DNA from: Adineta vaga
Taxonomy: Eukaryota > Animalia > Rotifera
Length of the DNA: 64,000 nucleotides
Direction: 5' to 3'
Assembly (NCBI GenBank): GCA_021613535.1
Contig: CP075496.1
Coordinates: 1,364,001-1,428,000, forward strand
Positions within the stretch are counted from its first letter, which is position 1. Each line of letters opens with the position of its first letter. The notes beneath the pieces are model-generated. The model saw only the letters and a program-made list of their open reading frames with translations. It was not told the DNA's origin and made no database searches. The position numbers were made by a program, and so were the translations under genes. Shown here in pieces: positions 14,480 through 27,931 of the stretch.

Positions 14480-15136
14480 ATTACCTGTTTATTCATAAAA
14501 AGATAAAATTTTATCAAAGCATAGAACAAGGACGATATGGCACAAATACGTCAGAAGAAAGTCATCATTTGTTTATAATTATTTTCATCGATTCTTTTAA
14601 TTTCATAAGTTTCTGATTTTTGATGAATAAATAGTTCGATAAGGTGTTTGAATCTGTTGAATATCTAACCAAGTAAATTGATTAATTTGTGTTTGATTAT
14701 AAATACATTCATATGATCCATAATTCAATGATTTTAATTGTTGATCAAAGAAAAGAATTGGAATTAATGCATAAGTAATGATTAACCAAAGTGAAATGAA
14801 AATACAAATTCCACTAACAAATCGACGTTGACCATAACAACAAATGCGTTTTTTAACACAACGATCAAGACATAAAAAGACAATTGTATAAGCAAGAAGA
14901 AAATCCATTACTCGTAAAATATACATTTCTGATTTACACCATGAATCATTTAACCATCGACCATTATTCAATGCAAAATGTTCACCTAAATCAGCAAAGG
15001 AAACAATTTTAACTAAATAAAAGATTGATGACCAAATAGTTCCTTCGATAATCAAATTCCAAATAAGAACATGAATACTTTTTCGTTGATATCGATCGTA
15101 GGTGACACATAATAAATAGAAATTCAAGAGATTAAC
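14480..15136 (-). pseudogene. Rhodopsin-class GPCR fragment
   Basis: TM2-TM4 with WCK and LCLDRC (DRY-like); in-frame TAG upstream with no ATG; after ECL2 the frame shifts to HQKSETYEIKR...MTFF* with TM5 apparently missing. Confidence 0.6.
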
Positions 15137-15422
15137 CTACCACTATCGAATACTGGACACTAGCGACGCTATGCGTAACGATTTGACATGGCGGAATAAA
15201 GAGAACTCTTGTCCAATCAGAAATGAATCTCTTTGTTCTGAGAATAGATTTGAAGAACAACGTTAAATTTCTTTGTCAATTTCCTTCTCTTTCTGAATCT
15301 GATGTGAATACCAACTCAACTCGTATATGAAATTTCTTATTGTAGATGTATTTTCATCTTAGTCTTCAAATAAACTTAATCTAAGTCTTTTTTAATGAAA
15401 TAATTATTTAACAAGGAAAATA

Positions 15423-18400
15423 ATGAATAAAGCAAATAATCTCTCAACAGCACTTGGAATCTCATCCTTATTGAATGATAAGTCATCAAGTATAACAACG
15501 AATGATTGTTCATATTATGGTCGAATTAATTCTACGGGTTTTGGCATTATTCGATCATATGAAGGAATTCCAGAAAATATTATCGTGAATTTAATTGTGA
15601 CTGCTGTAAGAACACACACGCATGAACTTCTCATTATTTATTCATATTTTTAGATTCTTTTACTTTTATTCGTTTATTTACGACGTCGTTTTTCCGATGC
15701 GAAAAATATTGTTGATGGAACTGAGTATTGACCTTGAATTTTCTCGTTCTATAAATCAAAATATGATCTGTTATTTTAAGAATCTCAACTTTGCTCTATG
15801 GCTCAAGTAATTCATCTCGACATAAAGCTCATAATGTAAGTTATACGTCATAGTAGTGCTCTATATCATTTGATGTGCTTTGTTTATGTTTATTTTGCAT
15901 ACAGTTTTTCTTTGTGTTGTTTAAATAGGATAATGAATCTTGTTTTCATCGATGTTGTGTGGTAAAGAATAGTAGATTTATAATTTCTAACTAACTAATG
16001 CACTTGCTTGTGTTTCTCAATTGGAAATTTTCTAGTTTGAAACGTTCTTTTTTTATTTAGTCACATTGGGTATGGGTTCGAGATTTATTTCGAATAACGT
16101 ATTTATTGATGATTATTATCTTCGAAATAGAAAGTTTATGCTTTTGAATTTAGTGACTGGGATGTTTATCAAAATTGCTCACCGGATGCCTATTATTATC
16201 TATTATTTCATACATATTTAATTGGTTATTTACTGTTTGTGACAGTCTTTTCCTTAGCAATTATCTTACCAGTCAATTTTCAAGGCAATCAAGGTATGAA
16301 AAAAAAGTAAATATTATATAAGCTAAATGACACAATCGTTTATTTAGGAACACGTGAACAAAAATTTGCTCATACAACCATTGCAAATTTAGCACCGGAG
16401 TATGTTTTTCAGAGTTTTCTATAAGAAATGAATTATGTTTTTTTTCTTCTTTTTCTAAAGTTCACCATTACTTTGGGTTCATGCATGTGCTTCGATACTA
16501 TTTGTCTTGGTTGGTATTGTTGTGGCATATTTATATACAAATGCGACACGATATTATGCGAAAGAAGAAATGGTAAGTATGAGAGATAGAAATGAACTTT
16601 GAATATGATTTGAAAATTCTTAGTATGAAGATGATGAATCGAAAGACAAAGTATAGTTTAATATTGTCTTTGTTTATGTGCTTTGTGTCATTGTAAATCT
16701 TAAAAGAATAGTTGAAGTGTTTTTCATATTGTGAATATTAACTTTTTTTTTTGTAAAGGCATCTCGAACATTAATGATCCGTGGAATACCTCCGAATGTA
16801 TGTGATGAAGAGAAATTAAATACTTATTTTCAGTAAGTGAAAATAGAGATCGAATATTTAATTATAAATAATGGAAAATTTTGTAGTGAAGCATATCCAA
16901 CATTGGAAATAACACATTTAACATTAGCTTATAATATAGCTATGTTACAACATGTTTATAAACGACGGTTAGTTATTTTATTCACGTTGAATATAAGTTC
17001 GAAGAAGTTCGTTGATTTTAGTGAACTTAATCTACGTATTTGGCAACAGAGTAAAAAAATGTTAGAACAGTCAGGTGAACGTCCGGTGGTTTATAACAAT
17101 AAATGTGGACAAATGTGTGGTGTAAGTTCCATAATCTATTTCAAAAATGATGATCTCAATTTTTTTTGTTAGTGTTGTGCGAAAGAGATTGATGCGATTG
17201 ATTATTATGAAAAATTATATAAAGCATATAAACAACGTGTTGAAGATGAATATGAACATGTTCGAAAGAAAAAATGTGGCTTAGCTTTTGTTACATTTGC
17301 AACACCAGAACAAGCGCATAAGTAAGTTGAAGATCTGAAGGATGGAATGTAAGGAAGAATTTCAATGTTCTGTAGAGTTCGTTCGGATTTTCGTACACGA
17401 TTTTTTGCACGTGATCGTCGATTAGAAACATCAACAAGTAAAACATTAGGAATTCATGAATGGACTGTGAGATTTGCACCAAGTCCAAAGAATATTATCT
17501 GGTAAATATTTCATCTGCCATAAATGTGTTCGCTATACATGAAAATTTTCTAGGAAAAACATTCCAATGAGTGAAGCTAGTCATTGGTTTCGTATTATTG
17601 TCGTTAATACTGTAAGTACTATCAATATTAATTCCATAAACCTATGAACTAACTTTTTATATTTAGATTTTGGTCTTCTTTATGATATTCTTAACAACTC
17701 CATCGATTGTTATGAGTACAATTGATAAAATTGCGAATAAATATCGTTCAATTGATCCATTAAAGAATGTAACGAAACAAATTCATTTTCCGGTTGTATT
17801 AACATCTGTTATGCCTGTCTTATTATTACGTATTTTTGCTGCTGCAATGCCATCACTTGTTAGTGTAACATCACTCTTAGAAAAACAATGGAAAAAATCG
17901 GCATTGGATAAATCAATGATGATTAAATTATTCGTTTTTCTTTCCATGATGATATTAATTCTACCATCATTAGGTTTAACAAGTATTGAAGGGTTTTTAC
18001 GTTGGGTTTTTGAAGATACTACAGAAGGTTCAAGAAAAAGTCGAATTCGTTGGATGTAAGTTTAAAATTTATTTATAGGAAAAGAAAAGAATATTTTGTT
18101 TATAAAGGTGTGTCTTCTTACCGGATAATGGAGCGTTTTTTGTCAATTATATCATCACATCGGCATTTATTGGAGCTGCTATTGATTTATTACGTTTAGC
18201 TGATCTAGTTTTTTATATCTATATCATTGCGACAGCAAAATCAACTTCTGAACGACGTGTTATTCGACATGTAAGAAGATAGATTATCACGATAATCCAA
18301 TAATCAAACTATTGATTTTAGGCATTACAATTTCCATTTCGTTTTGGTGTGCAATATGCATGGGCAGCTGCAGTCTTTTGTGTCATTCTTGCGTATTCAA

Positions 18401-19378
18401 TCACATGTCCATTGATAGCTCCACTTGGTAAATCTTGTTTTTATTACAAGAATATTGATCAACATGTTTTTTATCAATAGGATTGATTTATATGTTCATA
18501 AAACGTGCGGTTGATAAATACAATTTAGTATTCGTATATGATACTGAAATAGCTGATAAAAGTGTTCATCGATTAGCAGGAAATTTCATTATCATTGCAT
18601 TGATATTGCAGCAATTAACTTTACTATTCTTCGTTATTGTTCGTTCTGGTTTGTTGAATATTAAATCTACATAATCTTCTTCTTATTGTAAATTATTTAG
18701 AAACATTGAATTATTTATCAATGACTTTACTAGGAACTTTTATTTTAACAAGTAAATATTCTTTTTCTCAAAATTTTGAATTTAATATCAATGTTTGACT
18801 TTTTTAGGTGGAATTTATTTAGGTTTTTCATGTTTCGATTGTTGTGGTCGATGGAGTTCAAGAAAACGTTCTATTGTCAATGCAATGTTACCTGAGGTCA
18901 GCACATATTTCCTTCCCTTCACTATCAGATACAATATATTAAATAAACGAAATAGTCTCGTAAGAAAATCATCGAATAAACGTTTTGCCATTTCTTTCCT
19001 TGCTTGTTTTGCTATTTCATTATTTCAAAAGATATAAATTTCGTATCATATTTCAGCCAGCAAGTGTTCGTCAAAAATTAGATGATATCGGTGAATTAGA
19101 AGAAGTTGAAGGTCGAGAAAATCAACAACGAGCAACATCGGTAAAGATAAATTGAATATACATATGATTGTAATGAGCCTTTTTTTTTATTGAAGAATTA
19201 TATGCCAACGATTTTAAATACATGCATTCAAGAATTTGATGTTTCACCAAGTGCAACGAATGTTCATCGTAGTTCAACACGTGAACCATTACAACAAGGA
19301 ACATATGGAGCAACTGATCAAGCAAATCAACCAATTGTTGCTGGAACGGGTGATGAGAATGATTTACTTACAGATTGA
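15423..19378 (+). CDS. TMEM63: TMEM63/CSC1/OSCA mechanosensitive cation channel, ~20 exons
   Basis: [108 protein letters not shown]. Confidence 0.93.
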
Positions 19379-19658
19379 AAAGCGAAAAACAACAGCGAAT
19401 CTTTGAATATTATTTATTCTCGCATTCAATATTGTTTGTTCTGTGTGCAATATTTAATCTTATATCTATATATATATTCGATGTTATTAAAATTATTTTT
19501 CTTCGACAGTTTCAATTAATGATATTTAGATGATAATTCTTTGTTTCTCATCGATTATTTTATTTTCTGTTGTGAATTTTGTTGTTGTAGATTACGATAA
19601 AAACTTCATTTTAATCGGGAATATTTGTTGTTTCAGATATTTTATTTTATTTACAATC

Positions 19659-20997
19659 ATGGTAGTCAATGCCGCACTTAAACAACGACGACGTAAGTTT
19701 ATACAAGATTCTAGTACATGTTTTCTCTTATCGAAAGAATTTTATCTTTAGAAAATACGTTGGCTCAATTAGTGATTGCGAAAAATGCAAATATTGAATT
19801 AATTAAAAAATATGAAGAAAAAAAACTCGAAGAACATAGGTAATTATTCGTCTTACTAGTGAAAGTAATTTGAATTAAATTTGTGTTTTTTTTAAGATGT
19901 GAACAACGAATTATTGATAAATGTGCTGAAATGTCAACGAATCTTCAACAACGTATGGATGAATTAATTGAAAGTGGTTCAGTTGCAGCAGTAAATCATA
20001 TTTCTTGCAAATAAAACGCATTTTTATGATTTATTCTTTAGACATCGAAGAAAACTGAAAAAATGTTAGAAAAAGCTCAACAATGGAGTCAAGAAATGAC
20101 TGATCGTTTAGCTTCGATCTTATGTTTACAAGAATCACCTCAACACTCTCGTGCAAGTTTAACTATGCCAGCAGCGTTAATAAACAATAATAATAATACA
20201 CTTCTTGATACAACGATTGCTCGTCGTCAAGCAGCTACTGCTCAATTACAATTAGCTGGTCTTTCAGCTTCATTTTATGTTCAACAAGGTCGAAAATCAC
20301 TTTCGGTTTCAGTTCAAAAAAGTCCTCGTACACGTCATTTGTAAGTACTCAATTTTCGATCGAACCAATTCGTTAAAATAAACTTTGAAATAGATATAAA
20401 AATACAAATAATCATAATAATAAATCAATGATTGATGAAAATGATATAAATGATGAAAATAAACCGATGGAAGATATTTCTCAAATGCCTGTTGATGATG
20501 TTGCTGATGAAGGTGAAACAACAATTGAACAAGATTCAAATCGAAGGTAAAAACAAAACCTCTTTTTAGAAATAGAAAGAAAACAAAGTTTCTCTTTGTT
20601 TACTAGTCCAAGTCCACCACCTCCTCCACCACTTCCGGACTTTTATGTTGTTGAAGATGGACTTCAATATACGAAAAAAGGCGAAAAGAAACATTTCACT
20701 GTTCAAAATCGTTATAGTCAATTTAAAATGGTTCGAATTACTGGTGTTACTGAACCATTTCAATGCAAAGCACGTGTTATGAATATGCCGTAAGATTTCT
20801 AGATCATTTTCTTTTCCCAATGCTTTCCTTTTCTTTCTTCTAGTCCGCATTCACAAATGCCTTTATCAATTGCATTTTTACCAACGATGAATCAACGTGG
20901 TAAATCCTATTCATGTACAATTACTTTACGTACACGTTCCGATGATGGTCAAGATGAAATTGTTCTCGAACGATCACTTACTGGTCAATGGTTATAA
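19659..20997 (+). CDS. Uncharacterised 7-exon protein: N-terminal coiled coil, C-terminal ASH/PapD-like beta domain
   Basis: Open spliced frame MVVNAALKQRRQNTLAQ...LERSLTGQWL*; poly-Pro followed by FTVQN...EPFQC...LSIAFLP...YSCTITL. Confidence 0.65.
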
Positions 20998-22355
20998 AAA
21001 AATTCTTTTCTTTCGTTTGTTGTTGTTATCTGTCAGATATTTTTTTTCTTCTTCTTCTTCTTCTTGTGCAATACTTCATGTCAAATAGATTTTGTGCATC
21101 TTATTCGTGTAGAAATATCAATTCTTGTAGATAAATGAAAAATAAATTCAGGAAAATAATCGATAACAAATACGATGAAGAGTTAATCAACAAATAGGGA
21201 AAATTGATCACGCAATGAAGAAATATAAAACATAGGCTCTCAAGAGAATTTCTACTTCATTTGTATTTATCTAATTGATTTTTTCTTTTTAATAACCAAT
21301 GAATTCGACTTTAGCAAGAAAAAAGCCTTTGCAAGGTTTGTTCAATCAAGAATTCGACGAAAAATACAACGAATGTTTTAATCCATAGGAAATGTGTTGA
21401 ATAACTTCATAAGATTATTGATTAAGAATAAATTTACAATTGAATTATGAACGAAACAGTGAAGCATGTTGATGATAGTCAAAAAAAAATAAAAATCAAT
21501 GATAATTTAATTTATTTCTCTTAATAATAATCAATTTTTATTGATGAATATCAACAGACTAATTGTTTCTAAATGATCTCTCTAATTCTCAGTTTCCGGT
21601 TGAGAGTAATGCTGCGTACATTGTGTTATGACGTGTCATAGTAGTCTAATCAAGAATATTGAAGAAGAGAAAGAGAAAAATAAAAGCATGCGATTCACTA
21701 GTTTTCGACATTCATTCTTTTCGTTGTCTCTCATAAGTTCGGAAGTGTTGAAATACTCATATTAGTCTTTTTAATTTAATAGAGTCTTTATATATTTTTT
21801 TTGTTTTCAGATCAAACAGTACACATTCGAGGTAAAGATCATTACGGAAATGGTAAATCTTAGTGACCTGAAGATTTTAAAATGATAAACTTATTAGAAA
21901 AACAGAAAGATTAGATTGATATTTGAATCGAGTATTACGAAAACAAAGATGAATTGAGAAACTAGGTACTGAGGTCATAGTATAAACTTGTGAGTAGGTG
22001 TAAAACAAAACATGCGATTGTTTTTGTAATGAATTATCAGTGGAATATTTTTTTCATTTTGCTCGAAAAGTAATTTCATCTTGGAGTCTGTTTAGTTATT
22101 CTACAGATGTTTATTTTCATATAGATCATCTATGACAGTATTTTAGTTGATGAATAGAATGAAATTCTTTTTTTAGAATTAATCTTTTATTTTCAATGGT
22201 TTCATATCTATCAAATAAATCTACTTGAAAAGATACGTTATTTTCTAAATGGTATCTGTTTTTTCTCATTTCTAGAGATTCTATTCTCTTCAAAACATTT
22301 AACGAACAATTTTCTTCTTCTATTCCCACAACGTAACAATAAGGTGTATTTTTCT

Positions 22356-22402
22356 TTCTCTCTCTCCCTCTCTCTCCTTCCCTCCCTCTCTCTCTCTCTC
22401 TC
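22356..22402. repeat. (CT)n-rich tract upstream of the neuropeptide gene
   Basis: Seen directly in the sequence. Confidence 0.7.
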
Positions 22403-22518
22403 GTTTTCTATCTATATATTTATTTCAGATCAAAGCCCGAATAGATTCTATAGTCTGTTCATTTATCATCTACTGCGTTTAATTACTTACCGAAAAAACA
22501 AAACAAGCAAATACAAAA

Positions 22519-22797
22519 ATGCATTCACGTGTTCTCCTTGTTTTATGCTCGATTGCTGTTATATTGCTCATGGTTTCATCAGCAGTTGCCAATACTGATG
22601 ATCAATATAATCCTCGAGCACGTAAAATACCTGGTGGTGCATGGCTTTCAACTCATCAATTACAACAATTAGGTAAACGTGGTCGATTCGTTTTCCGTGA
22701 TGCACCAAATGCACATCATTATGATGCAATTCATATCGATGATCATGTCAGTGATGATGCAGATACCTCGCTCGACAAACGAAATTGGCGATTATAA
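22519..22797 (+). CDS. Neuropeptide precursor (92 aa)
   Basis: Hydrophobic signal peptide ending near SAVA; RK, GKR (amidation) and KR cleavage sites; acidic spacer; AATAAA at ~22933. Confidence 0.8.
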   Translation: MHSRVLLVLCSIAVILLMVSSAVANTDDQYNPRARKIPGGAWLSTHQLQQLGKRGRFVFRDAPNAHHYDAIHIDDHVSDDADTSLDKRNWRL

Positions 22798-24625
22798 AAC
22801 GTCAAGACAGTTTATCAATCAAAACAAATCAATCCCTTTCAAAACACTTCGACAGATTTTCACCTTATTTTCAAAAATCAATGCATTTTTGTTGTGGAAT
22901 TAAATATTGTGTACACTCATCAAAGAAAATTTAATAAATAAAACGCATTCTTTAATCATATAATGTTTACTAATCTTTTACTTTTTATTCGTTCATAGAT
23001 GTTTCTTTGTGAAAAAAAACACAAGTTCGATGTTTTCTACTTGATATACAGAATATAATACCTCATTGCAAATCAGTTTCAACGAACGAGTAATTTCCTT
23101 TTCTATGGAAATCTTCTTAATTGAAAAAAATCTCTTGTATTCTACAAGTGAAAAGATTGTTGTCGGATGAAAACAACAATATATCACTATATGACTTCTA
23201 AAATTGTTACAACAATAGTTAGGTCATCAATGAAATAACAACCAAACAAGTACTTTCAATTAATATTGTTTTGTCTGCTTTTTTTCTACATAGAAAGTTT
23301 TATCATACATTCCTTAGCTTTTAATAGACATTGCTTCTTTGAATAAAACGATTTCTATTATATTCGAGATCATACCAGGTTCTTTTCTATTTATCTGAAA
23401 CAAAAGATTCTTAGTTTTTGTTTTGATGAATATCTTTGTAGTATTCATCGTCTCGATTAATACACTTCAAAGGAGAAAACAATTTCATTTCTATAATAAC
23501 CTATTTATTTTTTCTATTCGATTAACTGGTCATGACGTTTTCTTTTCTTATTTATTCCATATAGAATTTATTTATTAAAGATATTTTTTCTTCCAATTTT
23601 CTTAAGAATTACTAAGTACAAATCATTTCACATTAGGGAATGTGTTGTTTTTTTCTTCTGTTATTACTTAGAATCTTTGTCACGAAATGAATATCGAAAT
23701 TGATCATCAGTCATCTTTACTAAATGTGAGATTATTTTTGACATATGAAGAACTTTTTCAATCGCATGTCAAGAGGAATAAAACTTAAGAGTATATGTTA
23801 TTTCAAAGTATGCTTTGCAAGTACATCCGAGACTATTTCGATTAAAAATATCGATAGTTTATCCATGCCAACTTTAATCCATCTAAGTACAGAATTTTTC
23901 AATGTAGTCTCTTTGGGATTTAGATGTGGAAACTCACACAATCCGTTTGTGATAATAACCTGTTTGTAATGGAGGACAGGAGAAAGTTTTTCAAAATTGT
24001 TCGACTTCAAACTTACACTCATTTATTTTGCTTCGAAAAAGTAAATAGATTTGAATTTCACAAAATGATCGATCCGTTTTTTCCTCATTGATTTACATCA
24101 TTGTGAAAAACGAAATCGTAATTTTCAGCGTTCTTTTTCGTCTACATAAACGATGATTAATATTACCGATACGCATCAATATTTATCAGTATAGTATTCA
24201 TTCTTTACTGCAGCGATTATTTTATCAATTCATTTTTCAATAGATACAATATTTTGCATATTGTTTCTATTTCATGTGCGAAAACTATTTGATATTTTAC
24301 TCAATTAATGTCAAATGTCTTGACCCGAGAATGAAATATTGATCATGTAGCGAAATCTTAATTGATAGATTTTGTTCAATACAGAAATGATATCATAGTT
24401 CTAGGAGGAGGAAAAAAAGTTTCATTGATGATTATTTAGTTAAGCTATTCAAGTGAAATCCATTGTTTTTTTTGTGTTAATATAAGATAGGTTAAATGAT
24501 TTGAATCTATCTAAAGTTAATTTGTTAGTATAAAAAAGAATAACAAAAAAAAGACGGTTAAGATTTCGTATTAGTTCTTCAATATTGTTATAAATGGAAA
24601 TTAAATTTTGACGAATACGTTTGTC

Positions 24626-25336
24626 TTACATTAATTGATATTGGTCACGAATATATCGTTCATATATTAATCCAAGTGTTGCACTAACTACGGCGAATAG
24701 AATCAAATTAAAATGCATACCAATTAAGATCGTATATCGTTGTTTATAATGTGATTCAACAGGTTCAACACAACCGCGAATATAAATTGAAGTTTGTGAT
24801 AAGAGAGAGCCATTTCCACAGCCAGGTGTAACAATTTTACAACATGAATCAGGCGTACTTTTTCCATCGGGAAATGTCGATGCCCAATCAAGTGCTTGAT
24901 CAATACCACAACATTCGTATGTTTGTTGAACGCGATCGATAATTGATTTCGTACTTGAATATTGAGCAGATCCCCTATAATATTTAACAAGACGAGTTGT
25001 TTCAGAAATCGATTTTGATGGAAGATAAGATCGACTAAGGATAAATGCAACGCCACATATTGCCGAAAATAAAGCAACTAAAACTAATAAACCAGAAAAT
25101 AAAGTTGTCAATGCTGGAAATCGTCGAAAAGCAACATAGGCCAGACCAATCGCAACGATAATGGCCATTGAAGCAACAACAATCGTACATATTGAAAAGC
25201 CGAATAAAATTCCCCAATAATCACGAAGATAATACGAACGATTTGTATAAATTGATGCTGCGATCAATATAATAATTGCTGAAATTACCGTTAAAATACA
25301 TGTAATAATACAAGCCCATGGTCGTCCTTTCGACAT
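24626..25336 (-). CDS. Tetraspanin (CD63-like), intronless
   Basis: Four TM segments; ECCG, PDSCC and GC motifs in the large loop; C-terminal YQLM; likely ATG at 25336 (MSKGRPW). Confidence 0.9.
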   Translation of the reverse strand: MSKGRPWACIITCILTVISAIIILIAASIYTNRSYYLRDYWGILFGFSICTIVVASMAIIVAIGLAYVAFRRFPALTTLFSGLLVLVALFSAICGVAFILSRSYLPSKSISETTRLVKYYRGSAQYSSTKSIIDRVQQTYECCGIDQALDWASTFPDGKSTPDSCCKIVTPGCGNGSLLSQTSIYIRGCVEPVESHYKQRYTILIGMHFNLILFAVVSATLGLIYERYIRDQYQLM

Positions 25337-25874
25337 TTTTGCTGGTGACAAACGTCGACCGTTTACTTATTTATATGTGTTTGTTCGATTTTCTATGTAT
25401 TCGAATGAGGAAAATAAATGAGACGAATAAGAAAAAAATGTATGAAACGTGTTTGTTTGTATTTTGGTAATATCAATGAAGCGTGAATTTATTTTCTGTC
25501 CTCCTCCTCCTCCTCGTTTTCCTTCTTACTTTCGATCTTGTCTTTGAAAGTAATGAGAAATAACGAAGAATCTCCTGATGAGAATAATCATTTGTATTCT
25601 TTACATTAAACAAGTCTTTTTCTAACTCATTAAGCTTTTATCTTTCCATATGAAGAAGACATACATATTATCAAGAAGAAAATCTGTTCTCAATTGATTG
25701 ACAGACTTCTATTTCCAGCTGTATATATTATGTATCATATCAAACATATTTGTCTAATAACGAGTTTTTTTTCCTTGTTAGAATAGATGTACTGATTAAC
25801 TCATCGATGGATGTTTTGTTAATTGCTTGACTAGGTCAACATTTATTTAAAGATAAACATAAATCGTAGTTTTA

Positions 25875-27931
25875 TCAAATAAATAGGCCAATTCGTTCAA
25901 GAAAATCATCAAGTAATTTCATTTTTTCCGATGTTTCATCTATATCTGATGGATCTTCAGTAGAAAATTCTGCCAGATAGAATCTCAGATCGTCTATAAT
26001 TGGTACTGTATCAAATTCTTGTCGATCAACAACACTAGCTGCATCTTCAAGAACAAATTTTGTAAATTCTTCTTGTTGTAAAACCTGAACAAAGAAAGCG
26101 AGATTCATTTTTCGAATTCGAACGAATATATTCTTCATACTTCTTCAAGATGATCGCTGATAAATCGAATACATTGATGTTCAAGTTTAACTAGATCGAA
26201 TAATCGTGCTAATCGAAGTGTAGAAAGAATTGTTTGAATACTAAGTAATTTCGAATAAGTATTTCCACAAAGACGTTTTAAACCGGGTAAAAGAAGTTCA
26301 TCAGCAAGTACAAGTAATTCATCAACACAATCATTTGTAATCTAAAACAAAGAAGATTATCTTTGAAAATCAAAAAAGAAAAAAGGGAAAATCTTAGTAG
26401 TGTTACTTCACATTCATCAGAATAGATGTAATATAAAAGTGGAAGAAAGAGTTCTTTTCGTATATGTTTCAATGCCATTGTTGATTTAACATGACTCTGT
26501 TCTAATGGATTTGGAAGCATTTCATTGAAATGATTTTTGACTAATGCAGAAAAATATTCCGTTCGTGTACACATAAATGCTTGATGAACATTAAAATAAT
26601 ATTGATTATCAATGATTAAAATTAAGTCAGAGAATATATCCAATTGAGGTTTGTCTATAAATGGTAATTCATTACCAGCGATCTATAAAACAATAACGAT
26701 TCTTCAAGAGAATTTTGATGATTGTCGAAAATGAAATATCATTCAGTAAATTTCATTTTTTTTCTTTTTGTTTATAAAAGAAACTTACCCATTGTCGAAG
26801 TTCTAATGGCACAGCTTGTTCAGCTAACATACGAAAATCTAATCGTATACTATCATCATCATCATCAGGTTCTAATACTAAACGATAAATATTTGACGAT
26901 GACGATTTACTTGATTCTACAGAAAAGAGAACAAACAAATATGTAAATGAAAAACAAAGACATTTATTTATCTAAATTTACGCCATTCATCTATTTCATG
27001 TTTTTTTCTTTCAATTAATTCGATTAAATGTGGAAGACGACAACTTCTAGCTAAAGCTTTAACACTTTCCACATTATCCAACGCGATTTCACAGCAATTT
27101 GTGTATAAATATCGAACAACAGCTTCAAAACTTTCAGCATTAAACTAAAAAAACAAAAACGCGGACATTTTCTATGAAGATCAAATAGATATGAGAACTA
27201 AAATCTACTTTTGCTTTTGTTAATTGAATACATCGTTTTCCATGCCAACGTTTTTCTAATGCATCATGAAAAAATGCTGATCGTGCAGCTAATACACAAC
27301 GATGTAAAGAAAATGTTCGCTCATCAATAACAAATGTTACATCACTATATAAACCTTCTTCGTAAAGTCTAAACAATTGAAAATTCAAATAGTTTTTTCA
27401 TTGAAAACTAATTAAATCATTTCATACTTTCGTAGAAATTCATCATAAGTATTTCGTTTTACTGTTCGTGTTGTTAAAACATTATAATTCTTTAATAACG
27501 TTCGAATTGCATCAGTTAATGCACCATATCGACATCGTTCGCCATCAAATGTATTCGCTTGACATCGTGCACCTAAAGAAGCACGAAAGAAAAAGACCAA
27601 CTATTGATCTTTATATCTATCACATAAATATCGAATTACATCACCATTATCGAGCAGATATTGAGCTATTTCGAAATGACCACATAAACACGCATAGTAT
27701 CTAAAGATGTTTTTACTTAAATTGACAGGAAAAAACTGTTTTTTTAAATAAACGTACAATGGTGTAGAATCCCATTTATCTCGAATATTTAATTCAACTT
27801 CTTTTTGCTCGACAAGGTAACTGTAAATATAATATGTAAGAGAAGATTTTATTGAGTAATAACTCCTACCGAACTCGAATTAAATCACCACGTCGAACAC
27901 TTTGAATAAGATCAATCTTATCCGATGTCAT
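25875..27931 (-). CDS. ABTB1: Ankyrin repeat and BTB/POZ domain protein 1
   Basis: [51 protein letters not shown], two BTB domains, C-terminal RQEFDTVPIIDDLRF. Confidence 0.92.

Noticed and set aside
22990-24250. Possible decayed minus-strand gene (ORFs 23798-24022 and 22993-23187)
   Set aside because: Looks partly coding, but no consistent frame or family could be reconstructed.
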